Shown piece after piece: positions 37,201-48,880 of a stretch of 64,000 bases of DNA. The DNA comes from Magallana gigas (Eukaryota). The stretch is from positions 15,438,001 to 15,502,000 of the forward strand of contig NC_088861.1 in NCBI RefSeq assembly GCF_963853765.1, given 5' to 3'. The first letter of the stretch is position 1. Every line of letters starts with the position of its first letter. The position numbers were made by a program, and so were the translations under genes. The notes beneath the pieces were generated by a model. That model was given only the letters and a program-made list of their open reading frames with translations, did no database searches and had not been told where the DNA came from.

Positions 37201-38296
37201 TGTTGTCATGAAATAATTAAAGAGGAAATAACTTACAAATATTACTTAGCTAACGATTCTTAAACCAACCTTCTCAGTCTGAAGAGTTCACTACAGGTTA
37301 ACAATAATTATGCGGCTAATTATAGATAGTTTTAAATTCCCTGAATTTTAAAACTTTAATGTTACACATCTATACTCAACAACATTTTGGTTACAATATA
37401 TTATCCTTGACATATCCAAGATAAGGGTTGATACAGTAATCGCGTAAAATAAAAATTCGACATTATTCTGTTTTTATTGGGTTATTTTTAATGATTTTTT
37501 TTAAATTTTATTAATTTATTATTGCTTTTTATTAGACTATATTTTGTATCATACATGTATATTTAAACCAAATAAAAAGAAACACGTTTCTTTTTTCAGA
37601 TATAATCGCCGGTTCTGCTGCCGGGGGAGCGCTTATAATTGTTTGTCTGATCATTATCACTATAATATTGATAAACAGGTCAGTGTCAATATATCACTTT
37701 ACTAAGAATATAAAGGCTAGATTTTGTTGATCGTTAACTTGCTATGTTTTGAATTTACGAGAAAAAAAAGTTAGCAATTTGATATTAGTTTGTAAAGATT
37801 ATAAAGTTTTCCTGGTAAATTTGTCAGATCAAGGAGTGAAGGAAACAAAAATATATCTTTGGAAGCGAATATGGCGCATACAAATGAGGTTTTCGATAAA
37901 AACACTGAATTGCCTGACAATCCTTTATATCTCTCGTCACAACCTTTAGACGAACTTGGGTACATTTCGGATCAGGAAAAGCAACATGATTTACCACCGA
38001 CGGATTCAAAATCGGAAACTAAAATTCTCTCAAACTATGACGTTCCTCCTAACAATAAACCTATTGATAATAATGAATCTTCAATGCCGGTGTATGCAGT
38101 TCAAAAAAAAAGTAAAGTACAAACGCCTTCGGTCAGTACTGGAGACGTTTATGCGCATGTGTGTAAATCAAACAGCAAATTTCGGTACGAAAACATGAAA
38201 GTTGAAAAAGACGCCGCTGTAGCAAAGCTATCGAACACCGATGACAAAGATGAACTCACTATAAGCACATGTTATGCCGAAATAAAGTGTCCTTGA
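31211..38296 (+). CDS. Gene C: intact ~401-aa type I membrane receptor with NPxY/YDVP/ITSM tail
   Basis: Exons 31211-31265 (MKGPLSVFVLTVFFVTAK), 33294-33311, 33414-33743, 35695-35949, 37600-37678 (TM), 37828-38296. GT-AG introns, total 1206 nt, open throughout. The tail is clearly paralogous to that of gene B. Confidence 0.86.
36532..36852. mobile_element. MITE with ~55-bp imperfect TIRs in gene C intron 4
   Basis: aatcgcagcttctcgggcctttccggcaagctcggaaaaacac... versus ...gtgtttttccgagtctcccggaaaggcccgagaagatgcgatt. Confidence 0.75.
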
Positions 38297-39972
38297 AGAA
38301 CGTACATTTTTGACACTGTTTATTTATGTGATCTTTTACTTTCTTTTCCACAATTTTTTTATGTGCAGCTTTATTGTCTCTTGTGCAAATCTTATTTTTA
38401 CGAAAATTCAATCTCTTAATGATTTAAGACCAAACCTAGTCATTTATTGAAGAGTACAAAGCATAAAAGTTGCACGATTTATCGGAGTTCATATGCATAC
38501 ATGTATGCTTTTCTATCATACACTTCAAATGTATAAAAAATGATTGTTTATTGTTAATATATATGAGCTCAATTGTCTGATAATCATTTTAATTGTTATC
38601 CAAGTTCATGTATTAATCATTTGGAGGTTTAAAATTATTTTGTTGTTTATTTTATTTAATCACTTGCTTTGTGTTCTAAGATTATGAATAAAAAAACGCC
38701 TTGCGTCTTACCCAATGCAATTTCTATTGGACACATGGCAATGTATTTAGTCAATAAATGCACTATTTTCACAATTAATTACATAGAGGTTTTTTTAATA
38801 TTACCACACAACCCCAAACTATATCAGATGTTTTAAAATAAACAAATATAAATTAAAAGAGAACTGAAAACCACACCTTCCATTGGATACGTGTGTATAT
38901 AGTCTGCGGTACACACCCACAGTCTTTAACGTAACAGGGAGGCATATGCACCACATAAAAGTACAACCTTTAGGATCACAAGAAACAAAAGATTTTTATT
39001 AGACAGTAAAGAAACCAAAAAACCAAAAATTAGAAAAAGAACACCAGAGGTGTAGTCTACAGCATTGCATAGCTATTAAGCTGATTTCTTTTCGATTCAA
39101 AATTTTATTTTAGGAACCCAAACTTATCTATGATAAAGGTAATATAAAACGTTGTGAGTTAGGCACACAATCACAAAATTAAAAAAAAAAATTATCGACA
39201 AATAGATATATAAAGAACATTCATGAGTTCGTACAAAAAAGCCAAAGCCAAAAAATCTTAGGGAATCGACGAATTGCATTAAAGAGTCCCGGTACACATG
39301 TAGTCTTGTTATCTGAACTATGTCCCCAGATGTTTATGCTACCAAATTTATTATTCAATATAATCAAAATTAAACCTCAGAGTTATAACGATGTTCATTC
39401 AACAGTGTAAAAATAACGCCAAGACTTCTCTTTAAAGCGCCCATTTAGCTTTTCACGTTTTATTACGGAGATTTTGCATTTCAAAAATCAGGTGTTCCAA
39501 GTGACTTCCAAAATGAAAAAAAGTTTTGAAATAAAAATATTTATCATTAATTGATAAACGAAGTATATATTTCATTTAATGCTTTATTAAATCACTTGAG
39601 CATTATTCAATTTATATGATAAAAACTGACACCAAAGATGTAATGGCCCTGATAACGTCTGATGAAATAATGTAATAATATCAGAAATCTGTTTTTGTTA
39701 GGTATTTAATTATTTTCATCAGTAAGTTACCATTTGTGAATATTGGTATGAAACGTATTCCGATGTTGATGTAAACAAAGGGCTGTGGCTGGATTTACAT
39801 TAGATGGGTATACCTATCTTAAAATTAAGAATACAGTGTAATATATAGGACAACAAAGTAGTGCCTTAAAGCGAAAAAGTTCCTTTACTTGCAGGATATT
39901 AACACTTTAAAGTTAAAGTATAGCAACTCGTATCACACAGAGTTCGACGCTTTAAAAATTAAATCAAATCAA

Positions 39973-40880
39973 AACAAGAGGCACTGTGAGCAAGCTCACA
40001 AATGATTCTCCCCGCTAATTAAAAACATCATAACTATTTAATTGAAAATAATGCATGCTATTTATTTCGCCGTCTAAGCTCCGTAAATAACTACTCTCTG
40101 TTTTTCTTTAATTTAATAATAAATAAATATGAGTACACAAACCAATTTCTTTTCTTTAAATTCCATTTTATTTCAACTTAACTGCTAATGCATAAAGGCA
40201 TTTGCATCCTTATGATAACGAACACGATTATCCACAAGTCAAGCAGCCTCTTGGAATACCGAGTTTTATTTCATATTTTTTTTCCACACCCCCCCCCCCC
40301 GGCCAAAAAAACATCGGGTCAGGCAATTCTCAGAGAAGCGGGCGGGTAAAAGAATCTAAAAATTAATTTATGTGGCCTGACATAAGCAAGCTTTGTGTCA
40401 AATTCCAGCTTCGAATCATTTCCTTCATACAAAATATGACACAGAGAGGAATTAAGCATTATTTAATGACATTAAACTTGCCCAAATGACCTTAGGTCAA
40501 AACACACCTGCTGGTTCAATTTGACACTTTTCTGTCAGTGATCTTGACCTTGCCCGAATGACCTTGGTTCAAGGTCTTGACATAACCTTAGATCATAAGC
40601 AATCTATGTTTGAAATAAGAACTTCCAATGTGTCTACATAAAAAGAGATATGGACAGGACACGAATTTTGCACTTTTTTTCTGCCAGTGACCCTGACCTT
40701 TCTCCTTTCTCAAATGACTTAAGGTCAAGGTAATGACACATCCTAGGATTATAAGCTATCTTTGTGTAAAGTAAGAACTTCCAATGTTTATTCATAAGAG
40801 GACATGGAAAGGACACGTATTTTGCACAGACAGACGGACGGACAAGTTGATTCCTATATACATTCCCAAACTTCGTTTTT
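39973..40880 (-). mobile_element. Helentron-associated (HINE-like) element with internal tandem units and a GACG/GGAC microsatellite
   Basis: Starts aacaagaggc..., has repeated tgaccttg...aaggtc...aagaacttccaatgt units and ends in cagacagacggacggacaag. This architecture matches bivalve HINE repeats. Confidence 0.6.
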
Positions 40881-40934
40881 TTTTTTTTTTTTGGGGGGGG
40901 GGGGCACTGAACATAGATCTAGAAACGTATCATT

Positions 40935-41097
40935 TACAGTACCGATCAGTGCGTATAGTTGACTCCAAAAGCAATTCTCTAGTAAACCCCGAGTGGAACC
41001 AAATTTACAAAAAGTAATCCCAAAGTAAACCCAGATAGTAAACCCAGGGTTTTGTTGGGGTTTATCTGGTGTTAGGTTGGGTCTGATCGGTACTGTA
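40935..41097. mobile_element. MITE (TA flanks, 15-nt inverted ends); inverted copy starts at ~63830 and runs off the window
   Basis: TACAGTACCGATCAG ... CTGATCGGTACTGTA, with internal agtaaaccc repeats. The copy at 63830-64000 has expanded gggtttact units. Confidence 0.8.
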
Positions 41098-41729
41098 TAT
41101 AAAATTTCAGGTCAATTCAAATTTTCAAGTCTTGTATATTTTTGCCCAACTTATCCATATGTATGTCATTTCATGATATTTTTCTACCACATTTTATATG
41201 GAAATATAATATTCACATACACAAGTCATTTTTACGCAAAAAGTAAATGTATATCATTCATATAAAGTTCCATATCATTCAGGTCTTTAGTATGTTCGGT
41301 CCAAACACTGTTTTAACTCCGGTTTGCCAAAGTAACTGCATAGGAGAGTTGATTAAAATCAACTTTTTGTATAGAAATATAACAAGCGTTTTGAGAGTAT
41401 TACATAAGCATTACACGTCCCTTACCGGTTTGTTTTATTCTAATAAAGCTTACATTTTTTTTAAACTGTTATAAAAGAGATGTAATGCTTTAATCAGAGA
41501 TAAAAGAACAGAAGAAATTCAAATAATATAGTTGATATAGAAATGAAATAAAAAAATGGGTAAAATAATACTCTCTTTTTTATCTCCTGTAATTTCGCCA
41601 AGTCCATTAGGTATTTGCTGGTAGAAATTTGCGAAAACAATGCACTGTTATGCAGAATTTTATTTCTTACCGTCTTCTGTACCCCGAATCAACAGACCAA
41701 CCCGATGACGAACCCGATTGTAATAATAC

Positions 41730-42570
41730 AACAAGTGAAAAGCTGTCAATGTGACAGCAAACCGGGTTTTCTTTTATGTGAACTGTATCCATAATCCATG
41801 TCAACCTGTATTCAGTGAAATGGATAAGGTGAAAGGGTACCCTATATGCAATATTTTGCCCAAAAATGACTAAGTTCAAAAGCTGGTATTTTTTCATTAA
41901 TTATCGGAAATCTAAATCCTAGCAATATGCACACCTCTGATATATGTACAATTGATCTGCAAAAGAACAACTTCCTATCTTGAAAACTGTAGGAGGAGTT
42001 ATCCGTACAATGAGGGTACCCTATATGCAATATTTTGCCAAAAAATGACTCAGTTCAAAAGCTGGTATTGTTTTCATAAATAATCAGAAATCAAAATCCT
42101 AGCAATATGCACACAGTCATCTGATATATTTACAATTTCACCATTTAATAACCGGATTTTTCCGTCGGAAAAAAAACTGTCGATTAAATTTACTACACAA
42201 TGCTTGATACTTTTTTACAGAACTTATTAATTTGTAAGACACAATAAAAGGAATGATATAAGTAATACACGATATTATTACTGACTTCATACTTGCCTCG
42301 TTTATTTAATACACAACAATCCCCCTAACGAACCCGAACATTAAAAAATTGGAATATAAAAAATTAATTTTCTCGAAAATATGTCAACCAGACGCTACAA
42401 AAGTGTTAACTTGATCTGTAGTTTGACATTTTGAAGCTGTTAAGCAAATTTCATATTATTACTCAAACGCTTAAAGAAAAAAAGTGTAAGTGGGACAGAC
42501 AAACGGACGGACAGGCGGACGCAGAGGAAAGCTTTAGTCCCCTCAGATGAACCCGGTAGGGGACTAATAT
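41730..42570 (-). mobile_element. HINE-like element with ~179-bp tandem units
   Basis: gggtaccctatatgcaatattttgcc occurs at 41835 and 42014; there is a GGAC microsatellite and a terminal hairpin tagtcccct...aggggacta at 42535-42566. Confidence 0.6.
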
Positions 42571-42954
42571 TCACACACACTAAGTCATTTTTATGCAAAA
42601 CATAAAAGTATATCATTTATATAACGTTTCAGATCGTTCAGGTCTTTAGTATGTCCCGGTCCAAACACCGTTTTACTTCCGGTTTGCCAGAGTAACTGCA
42701 TAGGAGAGTTGATTAAAATCAACTCCCAAAAACCAAAATATTCTATTGTCACATTTATGTTTATAACTCATTTTTATCCACCAATTAATGTTGATAATGT
42801 TCAAAATCAATAAACTTTTATATATGACTACAAGCACATATATTCTATAGGGAATAGACTATAAACAAGAGGCACGATTTTTACTGCGAAACTGAGAGGG
42901 TCAAATAAAACCACGTGGGCTTAATTTAAATGACAATAACATTGGCATGGGTGT

Positions 42955-44480
42955 ACGGAAGAACATAACAACATTTGTCTAACACGGAAGTTATGGTAAA
43001 TAAATACATTTAACGTTTAAGGAATTATTAGCCAATATGTCACAAGTACATTGTAAAATATATCACCGACTCAATTAATCAGTAAATATCGCTATTATAA
43101 TACATTGTACCAAAAAGAAAGTATTTACCAAGGTTTTATCAAAATTAAATACAATTGGGGTCGGGTACTAGGAAAATATATACGATTATATCATTCTTTG
43201 AGATGAATATCATTAAAGCGATTTGTAGCCGTATGTATACTGTCTTGGGCATTAATAATAAAATAGTGCATCACAGTGGAGCATTCTCTTGTGACAGGAA
43301 GTATTTTTTTAAATGTATTTTTCATTCTGAAGTATCTCATGACACCACACAACTATACAGGTTCACTCTGTGTCATGGTGTACTATTACATGTACATGTA
43401 ACCATACATAAATTCTGAGTTGTTTATCTATTTGTTCTATATTTATAGGATATTTCTCCTTTGAAACGCCCCCTCTTGTTTGTCATGTTTTAATGTATAG
43501 CAAAAAGGTCTACAGGGATTTTGCATTGCAAACGACATGATAGTACCCCTGATGAATACGTTAAAAATTGTGCGAGGTGATCCGAGTACTTCTGAATGGA
43601 GAAAAAAATATAGATATTTTGCAGTATAAATTTCCGTAGAAAATCTGTTTTTGTTTCTGTCAATTACTCCGGGTCAAAAGAGTTATGTAAATTAAGAAAT
43701 ATTGGGTATTTTTTCTCTCATTGGTTTTAATTGATCATGCATTTTTTTTTTACAAGTATATGAATTTTCGTTGAGATGACTAAAAGATAAACAGTGTAAC
43801 CTGGGAAAAACTATAAAGTCATGCGCAGCAATAAACGATCGGCAAGGTTTCCTTAATTTATAGGTAAAGAATTACTTAACAAGGATTTTAAAAAAGAATT
43901 TTCTTCCTGGAAAGAGAAATTCATACATGATGAAAGGGTTTATCTTTGCGTTTGCAGTCAGTTATTTCATTATATCGTCAATAGGTAAGTTATTGGCCTA
44001 CATATTTTTGTAGAACAAAAGTAGCACATTTTCATGCTTAACCCTTTTTTTTGTTCCTTAGGTTAATTTTGTTTGTTAAAGGCATTATAAGCGAGTCGCA
44101 ATTGATTTATATCGTGTTTTGTAAACTTAAAGTATTGTCACGTACTATTAAAGGTATATGTAGTGTATTTTTCATGCTAAGAAATATTTGATTTATTTAT
44201 TTATTTAAATATGTTATATAAAGATATACTTTCACAATAAATTACGCAAATTATATCAATCGGGTTAAAAAGATATAGAAACTAATAAATATTTTTTTCT
44301 AATTATTCTGGAGTCCACAATAAATACAGCACTTGAATTAATCTCGCCTGAAATCGGTCACGTGATACCACGCGCAGTTTCTCACAACAACAATGGCGAC
44401 GAAAGATAGGCATTCCGTTAAGTTTGACATATTTGGCAAAGAAAGAAATAAGAGACAGACTGACAAAGATAAGAAAAAGG
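42955..44480 (+). repeat. Local segmental duplication (promoter, leader exon and start of intron 1 of gene D); second copy at ~61866-63430
   Basis: Colinear similarity from tacggaagaacataac to aagagacaga.tgacaa in both copies. Confidence 0.85.
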
Positions 44481-45699
44481 GAAGATTGCCATCGGAGACC
44501 ATGTAGATTAATGGAATAGGAATTAAAGCCGAATTAAACTTAAGTTTTTATCATGAGGTTGTAGGGGTTTTGCTAGTCAGGTTGGTAAGTGCTCCATGTG
44601 TTCCATGTCTTTACTTTTTAAGTTATAAATCACGTGTGGATTTTCGTTTAGAGGAATTTGTGAATAAAGAATATATAAACACTCTCGGTACATGCATCCC
44701 TCAGGGAGAGTGGTATTTACTCCGTTTATCTCCCGACTAAAATAAAGAACCACCCCATCCATTAGCACAATTCCTAACCTCCCTCCCCACATCATGATGC
44801 CTGCAACAAATCTTTTTAGGTCACCTGAGTAAACTCGGGTGACCTATTGCTATCTGTTTTCGTCCGGCGTCGTGCGTTAACATTTTTACACTTTTAACTT
44901 CTTTTTAAAAACTAAAATGCTAATTGTTAGCATTTTTTGTGTGAAGCATCTCTATGGTAAGAGAATAAGAGGAATCTGAATTGTGAATTTCATGGCTCTA
45001 CCACCCCCGGGGCGCCACAGGCGGAAAAAACAACGCATGGTTATGATACCACTAACCTCTTTACCTTAATTGTGAAATGGCCCCTGGGTCAGGACCTAGT
45101 TAGGGGGGGGGCAATTTGGCCATAGAGTGTTAAAGCATAAAAAGGTTTAAAAATGTTCATCTATACTCCTAAGAAAAACTGACTTCATAATTATGTTTAA
45201 CAGGAAGTCCTCGACTAACAGTATAAATTGAATGTCCCCTGGAGTATGGGTTATGACTCTAGGACAGGGCCAAAATAGTCATATAGTGTTAATGCATTTA
45301 ATGTTTAAAAAATTGTCTTCTCTAATTCAGCTGATACTGAATAAAAACTGACTGCGTATAAAGGAAGAAAATAAAGCCGTCTATCAAAATGTTAAATTTC
45401 ATGTCTCCCTATATAGGGATTTGAATCAAATCACTCATGTATAGACGACTTTTTCCCGCAATTACGTCATATTTTCTGTGCACATAAATAGTCACGTGAA
45501 GCACCCGCCATTACAACCGTGAAACCTTGAAGATGTATAAAGGCGGAAGTGGGGAATCTTGTGCAGTTTTTTAACTGTACTGTGCAGTTTTTAATTGCAC
45601 TATCGACAGAAAGGTGTTTTATTTATGGAAGCAATCAATATACAAAGAGCACGGAGTTAATCTGCACAAAGATTGCCCCTGTGTCGTCCCGTTCAGCCT

Positions 45700-48560
45700 G
45701 CATAAAATACTCAAAGAGGAGAGCGAGAGACTGAAATGGCAGCGGGCATTACATCGGAATGTTCGTGTGTTCCACGCATTTTATTGACGGGCGACCAACA
45801 GCACGATATCCAACACCCAGGTTAACTGCGCTTGCATCGCTGTCGAACGGTAGTATGCGGAAAAACTCACAGGAGCTTGGTTGTTGGATAGTGAAGTTCT
45901 GAATTTTTTGTTCCCGAAGAAAAAATTGATTAAGATTGGTAATCTTAGATGTATTTCTATGTATTGCATAAAATAAATACACTAAAACCCCCCGTTTCAG
46001 TCATGTTAAAAAGCAACGGAAGTTGATGCAAACTCTCCATGTAATCACTGAGGAGATCCGAAAGCATTGGATAAACCAAGAGGAATATCTTTTCGCGGAA
46101 GTTTTGCTCTCTCTAGATTTATCATACATTTTCGGAACATCTCAGTGATTATATGGAGAATTTACGTCACTCAAAACTAAACTTCCGTTGCTTTCGATAA
46201 GTTTGGCAAGTATCTAGTACATTTCGGAACGATGTGTTTATTATGCAGCATACAGATGAAGTCAGACGATAGGAATAAGTCATTTGAATATTTTCCAAAC
46301 TATATCTTGTCAGAAATCGTTGGAGAAATTGAAGAACTTGTTTAAAACATAGCTTGAAACGAGGACCCCCTATAAATCCAAGATGGCGAGTGTCGTCCCT
46401 TTACTTTTTTTAATGTACATTGAATACACTTTTTTAACATGACTGAAACGGGGGGGGGGGGGGGGTTCAGTGAATTTATTTATTGCAATTCACAGAAATA
46501 CTCATAAGATTACCAATCTTAATCAATTGTTTCTTCGGGAACAAATAATTAAGAACTTCACTATCCAACAACCAAGCCCCTGTAGAAAAACTCGGGTTGA
46601 CAATACGGTCTGCCAACCCGAATATTTATGAATGAAAACATTAACATAACTGTTACAGTGAATATGCATGAGACTATTGATATGCTATTTAAATAAGGTT
46701 GCATATAAAATGTGTGAAAATAAGGTTTGTATAATCAGGGATGTCCTGGTATATTTTGAAGTATATTCTTAGCTTGACAGAACTGTCAAGTTCTTTGTGT
46801 GTTGTATTGGTTTCTGAAGATGAAGTTGAGTCTGTCAACACTGATCGGTCTACCATTGAACCAAAAACAACATCATTTTCCACTCAAACAGAAATGAATG
46901 AAAGCAGATCGGCACGCAGTGGATAGATCCCACACTACACGAGCAGGAATATGCAAGGCCCTGTATTTCAGGATCTAGAGATACAGGAACACCAATGAGA
47001 CCCGGTGAGACTGAAGACAAGGGAGTAAACTGCATCTCTTTACATTATCGCTTAACCTCTGCTGACATATCGTCCGACTTCTTATCCTTGCTGTACACAG
47101 GACTGCCTTTGAAAAATTTTAAAACTGTTTTGAGTGTTATGCAAAATATGGATGACCCACTTAAATTTACCATTCCTGTTTCAGGTCAAGTTTTGTTGGT
47201 TCCTAAAAAGTTACGGCTAAGTCTACTGTTCGGGGATATTGCCAACAGATATGGAATACCGGGGTCTCATGTATGCACCATTTTAAATTAAAGATTTGAA
47301 ACTGAAGAACCTATAAGTTTTGCTTCCCCGTGAAACAATTCGAGCAACTAGGCCAGTCTTTTCGTGAAAACTATCCAAAGACTACAATCATCATTGATTG
47401 TTCCGAGACTTTCAATTAACGAGCAAAAAACTTGTAAACAAGAGGTGAAACCTACAGTCATTACAAGTCCCACAATACAGGAAATTATGTGGTTGGTATC
47501 GCATAACACGGACAAACAATGTTCATTTCTAAGGGTTTTGGGAGACTTTCTAGTGATAAAGCAATTGTAGAATAATTTGGCATTTTAAACTACCGTCTTC
47601 AAGGAGATGAAATCATGGCCGATCGTGGCTTTACCATTTGTGACTTGCTCTTTCATCTGAAAGTGAAACTTAACATTCCAGCTTTTACGTATACCAAAGG
47701 TAAAGACCACCTTTCAGAAGAGGATGTAAAAAAAACGCGACGAATTGCCATCGTACGGATTCCCATGGAAAGGTCTTTTGGACGTTTAAAGGTGTTGTGT
47801 TCCGCTTACTAAGTCAGGTAGTTCCAGTTACCTCCGCAAAGAAGCTCCGTGACTACTTGATCGTTTGTGTTGCATTGGTAAATTTGAGATCTGATCTTAA
47901 TAAAGATGATGATGAGTGCAAATGATATTTCAAAGTTTCACTGATGTAACAGTAAATATTTGAATGTTTCACGGATGTATATGACACAAAGTTGAAACAT
48001 AAATTTTGTGTTAGGTTTTATATACCAGTCTAATTAAGGTCTTTATGATGCCTTGAGTATATCTGCTGATAGTCTTACAAATGCTAATGATGTTTTTAGG
48101 TAAAGCCATATTTTGAATTAAAACTATTGTTAGAAGTCTTTATTAATATGATGAAAATTAAATTCTACATCATTTATATCTTTTTTAAACATTTATTTGT
48201 GTAAAATTGAGGATAGAAGATGTGGTGTGATAATGAACGTATTTTGAATACTTTTCATGCTCAGGAAGAAATAATTAACACAGACTGAAAAAATAGTTGA
48301 CTGTATAATTTCAGTTTTACGTCTGACATCACAAACTTCATCTATCTGCATATACATGTATATGCATCAATTAGAAAATTTAACATATTTGTTACTAATC
48401 TTAAATCTGCCAGATAAAAAGTCATTGACTGTTCTTGGTAAAAGTTTTTGAAGTAAAATAAACATAGTCTTGAAATAGCTGCTTTACAAAACTGTTGGTC
48501 GTATTGTACATCAATGACCTTGTAATATAACAAGTTTGCACAGCTTCGGTAAATCAGACA
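45700..48560 (+). mobile_element. Decayed ISL2EU/PIF-Harbinger-type DNA transposon: THAP + HTH + DDE_Tnp_4 transposase relic, with a convergent YqaJ-like ORF remnant
   Basis: Reconstructed WQRALHRNVRV(C)STHF.DGRP (THAP), LLLVPKKLRLSLLFGDIANRYG (HTH), IIDCSE, TYSHYKSHNT, IMADRGF and RIPMERSFGRLK. The minus-strand fragment 48342-48533 (VIDVQYDQQFCKAAISRLCLFY) resembles the C-terminus of ISL2EU YqaJ ORFs. Confidence 0.75.
45869..46584. mobile_element. Mutator-like MITE (~140-bp imperfect TIRs, 9-bp TSD GAAAAACTC) nested in the ISL2EU relic
   Basis: Arms 45869-46013 and 46429-46583 are reverse complements. GAAAAACTC lies at 45860-45868 and 46585-46593. There is a second internal inverted repeat. 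Confidence 0.8.
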
Positions 48561-48733
48561 GTTAATTGTTTAGCTGTGCCAAATTAGCAAATTTTGATGC
48601 ACTAACAACGTATTATACTATAAATACTATACATTCTATTGGTAATTCGGTACGATCTCTACATTATGGTTGATAACCGGTATAATGCAACTTGTTTTGT
48701 TAAGATGCTCTGCATTTTCAGTCTAAACGATAG

Positions 48734-48880
48734 NNNNNNNNNNNNNNNNNNNNNNNNNNNNNNNNNNNNNNNNNNNNNNNNNNNNNNNNNNNNNNNNNNN
48801 NNNNNNNNNNNNNNNNNNNNNNNNNNNNNNNNNNNNNNNNNNNNNNNNNNNNNNNNNNNNNNNNNNNNNNNNNNNNNNNN
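48734..48880. other. Assembly gap (147 N)
   Basis: Run of n characters. Confidence 1.
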
